Source of the DNA: Bryobacterales bacterium
GTDB taxonomy: Bacteria > Acidobacteriota > Terriglobia > Bryobacterales > UBA6623
NCBI GenBank assembly: GCA_963422375.2
Contig: CAXXKD010000001.1
Coordinates: 352,001 to 416,000 of the forward strand
Length of the DNA stretch: 64,000 nucleotides
Direction: 5' to 3'
Shown here one piece after another: positions 57,241 to 64,000 of this stretch; position 1 is the first letter of the stretch; every line of letters begins with the position of its first letter. The notes beneath the pieces are model-generated. The model was not told where the DNA came from. It was given only the letters and a program-made list of their open reading frames with translations, and ran no database searches. The position numbers were made by a program, and so were the translations under genes.

Positions 57241-57560
57241 CTAGGGCCGTAATCTGTTGCGGTCGGCCGCCCACGCAAGCCCGTCCGGAACTCGCCGACA
57301 TTGTCGAGTTCGCCAGCTTAGCCGCAGCCGTCCGGTGCTCTGGCTTGGGCAGGCGTGCTTGTACTCGGATCTCAGGTATGCGACATGGATGTCTCTTCGG
57401 AGGAACGGCTCGACGCCGTTAGCGTGCACTTGTTCGGAAACGGATTTGCTGACAGAGTGCTTGACGGACACATGCTTGAAGGGTAGGATTTCATAGTCCT
57501 TCGCGTCGTCCGTATATCCTGTAGTTCGCGCCCAACTGGAAACAATTGGGGCCGACGTAG
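57241..57560 (-). pseudogene. Ancient IS1595 transposase relic
   Basis: YTDDAKDYEILPFKHVSVKHSVSKSVSEQVHANGVEPF resembles YTDE..Y....H..VxHS..EYV...HTNGIESF. Confidence 0.7.
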
Positions 57561-57734
57561 CTACGAAGCAATCAAGCCAGCTGGATGGGGCGCTGTTGGG
57601 CGCTATCCCTTATCATTCCCTCCCAAGGCCATCCACTACGCGCATGCCTATGAACAGGGTTGCTCGGCTATGATGTTCTCGATATGGACTTGTCTAGGCC
57701 ACTCAGATCCATTGATAGATTCGAATTGGAGTCA

Positions 57735-60707
57735 TCACTCGCCTTTGAATAGATCGCCCTGCTCTTTAGAACCCTCTGGTTCAGTCTCCAAATCGTTCGC
57801 CAGTCGGGAAATCTCCGACCAGCTCTGCACCAAGGTGTTATACAATAGCGCCTCGGCCGCACGCTTCTTTCGGTCGCACAAGGTATAAAGGCGGTAGCAG
57901 AGTTCACGAGCTGTTTCGGCGTAGGTGCCGAGTGCAGCTACGATCTCTGCGACACCACGTTCGCCATGCTCATCAAGATCCCGGATCAGATGGTGGACCA
58001 TTTCCCAAGCGGTCGGCCTTGTGTCGGATCTTGGGTCCCAGTCGTCGGGCAGCTCGTTTGACCTAAGTAGACGCACCTTTCCACCCTTCGACATTACGAT
58101 TCCGGTCTCCACCATGCTGGCGACGTCGGTGTTCTTCGCCTTGGAGAGCGTCTCCGCCTCCCCGAATCCGCCTTCGGTGAAGCCGTGCTGCGCGAACCAC
58201 TCGAGCGCCCAGCGCGTGGCGGCGTCGAGATCGCCCTCCTGGTCCTCCAGTACCTTGTCGAGGGCTTCGTTGATCAGCGCGAGAGCCTCCCGCACCGAGA
58301 GCGGCCGGCCCTCGGCGTCCAGCACCCTCCCGTAGCGCGTGTACACGGCCATGCCGGGGCCGATGGCGGCCTGGGCGAGATCGACGGGGGCGACGTTGCC
58401 GGACTGCAGGAGGTGCAGGGCCCGGGGCAGCTCGGCGCGCAGCGCCGTGACGAACTCGCGGCGGGTCCCCGCGGGCGCGTCGGCCGGCCGGCGTCGGCAG
58501 GCGAGGACGATGCTGGAGGCGAGGGCGTTCGTGCCCATGCCGACCAACCGATTGCCAAGCTCCGTCCGCATCGGCCACGTGCCGGTGATCGCGAATCCGG
58601 AGCGGATCGCGGCGTCCAGGAACGTCTCCCAGCCCTTCGTTTCCGATTGCTTGAAGGCGTAGTAGACCGTCACGGGGAAGCCGGGATGAGACTGTTCCGC
58701 GAGCCGTTGAAGCGCCTGTGTCATTCCGTCGAGAAAAAAGTCCTCCGCAGCCTTCTTGCTCCCGTGCCGGTACGGCGTGGCGACCAGTTCCTCCGCCTTC
58801 GGGACCGCCAGCGTTGCGAACAGATTGGGGAACACCGGCTTCAGGGACCGTCGGAGCCAGACGTAGAAGAAGTCCGACAGGTCCGCGTAGCCGATGTTGT
58901 CGTAGTACGGTGGGTCCGTTGAGATCATCCGTGACGACGACTGCAGCTCTCTTGTCGTAGCGTCCGCTTGGTCAGTCACCCCAGGTACGTGCGGAGGCAG
59001 GGCGATAGTCAGAGGGTCGACCACACACGTGATGGCGGCGTCGACGCTGCCCGTGGCGGTTCCCAGAAAATTTGGTTCGGCGTAATCCCACACCATCGGA
59101 AGCGCTTGCCGCCCAAAGCAGTGTTGAGCTTTTTGTCCAACGGGGTTCCACCGAACAAGGCTGTTCCCACTCATCGCCAATCGATCCACCGCCAACGCCA
59201 GATACAGGGACACCGCCTCGGCGTACGCGGTCGCGCCCGTCCCGCCGTCGCGCAGCGGCTTGCCGTCGTCGGGCAGGCCGGCGGCCGCGGCGTCGCGACG
59301 GACGCGCTCGGCGGCCTCCCCGACGAGGTCGGAGAAGGTAGTGAGGGCGACGAGCTGGCGAGACGTGAATAGGTCGGCCCATGTAAAGAAACCGTAGCCA
59401 CGACCGCTAACCAAGTTGGTCGTGTCGCGGTTCATCGTTTCGTCAGGGATCCAGCGCGGCCGCGCTCGCGACGCCGCATCTTCGTCGCGATGAGTCGGCG
59501 AGAGATACACGCGCCTGCCGCCGCCTTCCGCAACGACGGCCATCAGGCCCGATCCCATCCGACCAGCCATGCTTTCTGCCTTGACGTAAGCCGGGGGTAC
59601 TGGCGACCCTGACATCAGGCACCGGAAGTTCGCCCCGCGCGCGAGCTTCGTACCCCGCTTGGCCGCTACCGCATCGGGCGGCGCGCCCACCCGCACCGTG
59701 AATCGGTACCGCCGGCCTTCGATCACGGGCTCGACCCACGCCTCCTTGCCCTTCTTCGTCGACAGCATGAACGTCGACGCGAGGGGCACGTCCACGTCGG
59801 CGAAGGCCGGGTTGGGGCTCTTCACCGTCCGCGCCCACAGCCACGCGATGACCGTCAGCTCCCGGCCCTCGTACGGCTTCAGGTCGGGACGCTCCCTGAC
59901 CATTTCCGGCGTGATCTCGGCCCGCGGATACAGATGCCCGATTCGATTCCCCGCCTCGTCCCGCATCCACCGCCCGTAGCGCCGCACGTCCTCGGCCAGC
60001 CCCCGCGCGCCGCGCCACGTCCTCTCGACCAGGTTCCGCTCGGCCCGCGCCTCCGGGTGCACCGGCGCCCGGCCCGCGAACCGCGGCGGGATCTCGATCA
60101 TCGCCTTGCTGATCAGCACCGCCACCGGGTTCAGGTCGCTGGCGTGCGCCTCGAGGCCGAGGCGCTGCGCCTCCAGCGGCAGCGAACCGCCGCCCGCGAA
60201 CGGATCGTGGAACGCCGGCAGGCGATCCGGGTCGAACAGTTCGGGCGCACGCGGATGGCCGGCGTGCTCGGCGCACGCCCGCCGCCAGCTCCGCCGGATC
60301 TCGGCCCGCGCGCGCTCGAGCACCGTCTCGTTGGTGGTGTTCTCCCACACGACGAGGTCCCGGAGGATGCCGAACAGCCGCTCGCGTTCCCGCTCGGCCG
60401 CGATCTCCCGCAGCACCTGACCGTCCGTCCCATTGGCACCCGCTGCTTCATCGCCGGCCGCACGCCGCTGCCGGAGCGCCCGCTGCGCCGCACGCTTCCT
60501 CTCCGGGTTCGACAGCAGCACGTCGACGTACTCCGACGGATCGTCCACCATCTGCGCGAAGAGGACCGCCCGCGCCACCGCCAGCGGCTTGCGTGACCAC
60601 CACAGATGCAGCGTCGAGGGGTGACCGTGCCGGACAGACTTCTCCCGTGCCCCCGCCACGTTGATCTCGTCGAGCGGCAGGGCGGTCTCGATCAGTTTCT
60701 TTCTCAT
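57735..60707 (-). CDS. DUF1156-domain DNA amino-methyltransferase
   Basis: KKLIETALPL, GHPSTLHLWWSRKPLA, SAM motif DPFAGGGSLPLEA, catalytic TDPPYYDN and NALASSI. Confidence 0.95.
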   Translation of the reverse strand: MRKKLIETALPLDEINVAGAREKSVRHGHPSTLHLWWSRKPLAVARAVLFAQMVDDPSEYVDVLLSNPERKRAAQRALRQRRAAGDEAAGANGTDGQVLREIAAERERERLFGILRDLVVWENTTNETVLERARAEIRRSWRRACAEHAGHPRAPELFDPDRLPAFHDPFAGGGSLPLEAQRLGLEAHASDLNPVAVLISKAMIEIPPRFAGRAPVHPEARAERNLVERTWRGARGLAEDVRRYGRWMRDEAGNRIGHLYPRAEITPEMVRERPDLKPYEGRELTVIAWLWARTVKSPNPAFADVDVPLASTFMLSTKKGKEAWVEPVIEGRRYRFTVRVGAPPDAVAAKRGTKLARGANFRCLMSGSPVPPAYVKAESMAGRMGSGLMAVVAEGGGRRVYLSPTHRDEDAASRARPRWIPDETMNRDTTNLVSGRGYGFFTWADLFTSRQLVALTTFSDLVGEAAERVRRDAAAAGLPDDGKPLRDGGTGATAYAEAVSLYLALAVDRLAMSGNSLVRWNPVGQKAQHCFGRQALPMVWDYAEPNFLGTATGSVDAAITCVVDPLTIALPPHVPGVTDQADATTRELQSSSRMISTDPPYYDNIGYADLSDFFYVWLRRSLKPVFPNLFATLAVPKAEELVATPYRHGSKKAAEDFFLDGMTQALQRLAEQSHPGFPVTVYYAFKQSETKGWETFLDAAIRSGFAITGTWPMRTELGNRLVGMGTNALASSIVLACRRRPADAPAGTRREFVTALRAELPRALHLLQSGNVAPVDLAQAAIGPGMAVYTRYGRVLDAEGRPLSVREALALINEALDKVLEDQEGDLDAATRWALEWFAQHGFTEGGFGEAETLSKAKNTDVASMVETGIVMSKGGKVRLLRSNELPDDWDPRSDTRPTAWEMVHHLIRDLDEHGERGVAEIVAALGTYAETARELCYRLYTLCDRKKRAAEALLYNTLVQSWSEISRLANDLETEPEGSKEQGDLFKGE

Positions 60708-61930
60708 TTCTCAACCGCAGAAACATGAAGTTCAGCGTCGCCGCGCCGTCTGACGTTCGGAAGACCGATGTCAAGTCCGGCCCGGTCGCCAAACCGAATC
60801 CCGGCACCGTCGCATGCGATTCTCAGATACCGCATCTTCCGGTCATTACTCAGATACGCAAGCAACCACCAGTTGCCCGGCAACGAGGCTCCGCCGCTCG
60901 CCATCGACTCGTTCGAGGACAGCTCTTGCCTGGTCCGCGCCACACCGCGATTCTTGCGGCCGCGCAGTTTCGGGTCGACCCGCGGCAGGAAACCCGGATC
61001 GCGTGCGGCCAGGGCTGCAAATATCGCCACGTACGCCTCCTTGGCGTTCCTTGCGCGCCGCTCCTCGCCGAGCAGCCGATAGCGCACTGCGCCCTTGCCG
61101 GGTGCGGGCGATTCCGGCCGGGTAGGAACGGCGATTCCAAGGCCAAGCACCCGCGCCTCCGGCCGCGCTGATGCCTTTCTCGATCCAGGCGTGGGAGTGT
61201 CGGACGTCCTGCGCTGTTGACGGCCATCATCCGGCTTCAGGCGGCGCAGAAAGTCAGCAACGTCCCGTCTCGCGGGGCTGCCTTCGGTAAGCAACGACGT
61301 CGCCTGTGTCAGCAGGACCGCCAAGCGCTCGTCGAGGTCGCCTGCGACAAGTTGCGCCCATGCACGCGGAATCGCCTCCCGCGCCTTGTGCCTATCGAGC
61401 CGCGCGTTGAGATCTTCCCGCGCGAAGTCGGCGGCCTTCCCCGACTTGGTGTTCGCGCAGGACAGATAACGCTCGAGTTTCGCGGCGACCTCGTCGAGCG
61501 AATCCGTCTCGATGTCGAAGGTGCTGACAAGGCGTTCTGCATACGTTCCGGCGCTCTGCGTCGAGTGGAAGCGCCAGTTGACGCCGTTCGTCAGCAAGGC
61601 CAACGGGGCGCCGGCGTGGAAGGAGTACTCGAACAATTGCCGGTCGCCATCGGATTGGCCGATCCGTTTCAGCACGCACTCGGTCGACTTCAGTTCGACG
61701 ATGCACCGCGGGTTGCGGTTCGACACGCACAGCGCCATGTCGATCCGCCGCGTCGAGGTCTTCAACCTCAGCGAGTATTCGGCGCAGACTTGGTCAGGAT
61801 CGTATACGTCCCATCCCAACGCGTGGAGGATGGGTTGAACGATCCGGGTGCGGACCGCCGTCTCGTTGGGGTATGCGCTCCGCGAGATCCCGTGCCGGAT
61901 TCTCTCGAGAGTCTTCGTCAGATCATGCAC
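60704..61930 (-). CDS. HsdR N-terminal-type PD-(D/E)XK nuclease with a SeqA-C-like C-terminal domain
   Basis: NETAVRTRIVQPILHALGWDV, RIDMAL, IVELK, QLFEY and LLTNGVNWRF; low-complexity linker; C-terminal GRKNRGVAR...LPGNWWLLAYLSNDRK. ATGA overlap with the methyltransferase. Confidence 0.82.
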   Translation of the reverse strand: MHDLTKTLERIRHGISRSAYPNETAVRTRIVQPILHALGWDVYDPDQVCAEYSLRLKTSTRRIDMALCVSNRNPRCIVELKSTECVLKRIGQSDGDRQLFEYSFHAGAPLALLTNGVNWRFHSTQSAGTYAERLVSTFDIETDSLDEVAAKLERYLSCANTKSGKAADFAREDLNARLDRHKAREAIPRAWAQLVAGDLDERLAVLLTQATSLLTEGSPARRDVADFLRRLKPDDGRQQRRTSDTPTPGSRKASARPEARVLGLGIAVPTRPESPAPGKGAVRYRLLGEERRARNAKEAYVAIFAALAARDPGFLPRVDPKLRGRKNRGVARTRQELSSNESMASGGASLPGNWWLLAYLSNDRKMRYLRIACDGAGIRFGDRAGLDIGLPNVRRRGDAELHVSAVEK

Positions 61931-62018
61931 TGCCCAACGGTCTCCAGCCGCGCCGGCGTCCCGACTTGCAACTCATCTCGCCGGCCGCGGGCATCACCAC
62001 TCTTCCCGCAGGCGCTGC

Positions 62019-62942
62019 ATGACCGAACCATCGCCGTCGAGAATCATCTTCATGGGAAATCCTAGCACTTCACGCACTACAGCCGGTCACGCTTCCTTCG
62101 AGGCCGTCGCCGAGGAGGTCTTCCGCCGCTACGGCCGCGCCTGGAAGCCGCGGACCACCACCGTCAACCGCGCGTACCTGCGCAATCAGATTCTGCCCTG
62201 GTTCCGCGGCCGCCCGATCGGCGACATCACGCACCATGACGTGCAACGCTGGTTCGCAACCCTGCACGCGACGCCGGCGGCGGCGAACCGCTCGCTCCCG
62301 ATCCTGTCGGTGATCCTGCGTCAGGCGGAGACCTACGGCCACCGGCCGGACGACAGCAACCCGTGCACGGGTCTGAGACGTTACCGGGAGCGCGGACGCG
62401 AGCGGTTTCTGACCGGCGACGAGATCCGACGGCTCGGGACAGCGCTGGCGGCGCACGAGACCGTCGTGCCACTGGCCGTTGCGGTAGTGCGCCTCCTGCT
62501 GCTGACCGGCTGCCGGCAGGGCGAGGTCCGGACGCTGCGGTGGCAGGACTATCGCGAGGGCCATCTGTTCCTGCGCGACAGCAAGACCGGCCCGCGGACC
62601 GTTTGGCTGGCGTCGGCCGCCCGCGCCGTGCTCGACCGGCTACCCCGCACGGTCGAGTGGACCTTCCCCGCGGCGACCGGCGGCGGTCCGATGCCGACAG
62701 AGACGCTGTATCGCTGCTGGCGCGTCGTCCGCACAGCGGCGGGCATGCCTGACGTGCGGCTGCACGACCTGCGCCACAGTTACGCGAGCTTCGCGCTGCG
62801 GCGGGGCGAGACCGTGCTGACCATCGGTCGTCTTCTGGGACACCGCGACCCGGCCACCACGCTGAAATACACGCACGTCGCCAACCCGCTGGTTCGCAGC
62901 GCGGTCGAAGCCGTCGGAGCGGTTCTGGATGCAGAGCGATGA
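62019..62942 (+). CDS. Tyrosine recombinase/integrase 1 (no arm-binding domain visible)
   Basis: LLTGCRQGE, DSKTG, LHDLRH, LLGH and TLKY: complete catalytic set. Confidence 0.92.
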   Translation: MTEPSPSRIIFMGNPSTSRTTAGHASFEAVAEEVFRRYGRAWKPRTTTVNRAYLRNQILPWFRGRPIGDITHHDVQRWFATLHATPAAANRSLPILSVILRQAETYGHRPDDSNPCTGLRRYRERGRERFLTGDEIRRLGTALAAHETVVPLAVAVVRLLLLTGCRQGEVRTLRWQDYREGHLFLRDSKTGPRTVWLASAARAVLDRLPRTVEWTFPAATGGGPMPTETLYRCWRVVRTAAGMPDVRLHDLRHSYASFALRRGETVLTIGRLLGHRDPATTLKYTHVANPLVRSAVEAVGAVLDAER

Positions 62943-64000
62943 CGCGCCGACGCTCCGTGCCTTCGTCGCGGGAGCGTGGAAGTCGGCGTGCTACGAGCGC
63001 TGCAAGCCATCGACTCGCAAGCGCATGGACAGCGCCTTGCGGGCCCAACTGCTGCCGACCTTCGGTGCGCGGCGGCTCGATCGAATCGGCCGGAAGGCGG
63101 TCCACCTGTGGTTCGATTGCTACAGCCGGACGGCACCGGCCGGAGCGAACCGCACGCTGGACGTGCTGCGGCAGATTTTCAATCACGCCGTCGCGTGCGG
63201 ACACGTCACGACCAATCCGACTCGCGACGTCCGACACAATCGGCGTCTCCAGCGGACACGCTTTCTGTCGCGCGTCGAAATCGACCGCCTGCATGAGGCT
63301 CTGGACGCGCATCGCGGACGCGGCTCGGGCGAGCAACAGGCGGAGATCATTCGTCTGCTGCTGTTGACCGGGTGCCGGAAGAGCGAGATCGTGCACTTGC
63401 GCTGGTCGGAGGTCAGCGAGGAGTCGCTGCATCTGACAGACAGCAAGACCGGCCCGCGGACGGTCTTGCTGAACGTGCGAGCGCGCGCCGTTCTCGAGCG
63501 GCAGCCCCGAGCGGGCAGCGCGTACGTGTTCCCTTGGCTGGCCGATGCGTCGCAGAGCCGTTCGGGCGAGCTGTCCCTGTGGCGGAAGGTGCGCCGACAG
63601 GCAGGGATCGCGGACGCGCGCCTGCACGATCTTCGGCATACCTTCGCGAGCCACGCCGTGATGCAGTCCGTTCCGCTGCCAGTGGTTTCGCGCCTGCTCG
63701 GCCATTCCCAGGTCCGGATGACGCTCCGCTACGCGCATGTCGGCGACCGCGAGACCGAGGCGGCGGCCGAGCGGATCGGAGACGCCCTCGCGGCGCTCTT
63801 GTCCGAGCCTGTCCCCGACGCGCGGGAACCCGAAACGGCCCGGAACCCGGCCCGCCGTTCCGCTGGCGGCGGAGAGTCCTCGGCGGCGGAAGAGACCGCG
63901 GTCACGTTCTTGACAGCGAGCCATGCAGGTGGGATACTGCCGCAAGATGTGGAGAGCGTGAACGCTGGGGAGCTTCGTCAATCCCTTGGCAAGGTTCTCG
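62929..64000 (+). CDS. Tyrosine recombinase/integrase 2, open at the window edge
   Basis: Translated by hand from ATG 62929: LLTGCRKSE, DSKTG, LHDLRH, LLGH and TLRY; no stop before 64000. Confidence 0.9.
   Translation, partial: MQSDDAPTLRAFVAGAWKSACYERCKPSTRKRMDSALRAQLLPTFGARRLDRIGRKAVHLWFDCYSRTAPAGANRTLDVLRQIFNHAVACGHVTTNPTRDVRHNRRLQRTRFLSRVEIDRLHEALDAHRGRGSGEQQAEIIRLLLLTGCRKSEIVHLRWSEVSEESLHLTDSKTGPRTVLLNVRARAVLERQPRAGSAYVFPWLADASQSRSGELSLWRKVRRQAGIADARLHDLRHTFASHAVMQSVPLPVVSRLLGHSQVRMTLRYAHVGDRETEAAAERIGDALAALLSEPVPDAREPETARNPARRSAGGGESSAAEETAVTFLTASHAGGILPQDVESVNAGELRQSLGKVL

Noticed and set aside
60704..60770. SNF2 helicase C-terminal remnant in an alternate frame (FRTSDGAATLNF)
   Set aside because: Too short and weak to distinguish from chance without a search.

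Overview
High-GC bacterial chromosome segment. The gene repertoire (Oar-type TonB receptors, PSD1/DUF1553 plus DUF1501, CRTAC1/UnbV, Bryobacter-type secreted proteins) suggests Acidobacteriota; the IS load and Sel1/TPR genes suggest a host-associated lineage (both inferences). Core content: groES-groEL, tRNA-Asn(GTT), a YbbP-like permease, batA/B/D/E-like genes with moxR 27 kb downstream, yggS, an ftsB-like gene and many envelope proteins. Accessory content: a TonB receptor pseudogene, a decayed hsdM, an Rpn pseudogene with downstream relic copies, and two nested IS stacks (42.6-46.9 kb and 54.2-56.9 kb, including a small MITE inside a terminal repeat). The right end carries a probable integrative element with tandem tyrosine integrases. 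It sits beside a two-gene operon: an HsdR-N-type PD-(D/E)XK nuclease with a SeqA-C-like tail, and a DUF1156 DNA methyltransferase lacking its usual SNF2 and DUF499 partners. Best leads: (1) that nuclease/methyltransferase pair as a candidate minimal defence system; (2) a directional TG/CA to CG (often CTGG to CCGG) decay signature in the IS copies; (3) Rpn C-terminal relic cassettes; (4) a HAIR-like rather than CIRCE operator at groESL. All family calls are from motif recognition by eye; no searches were run.
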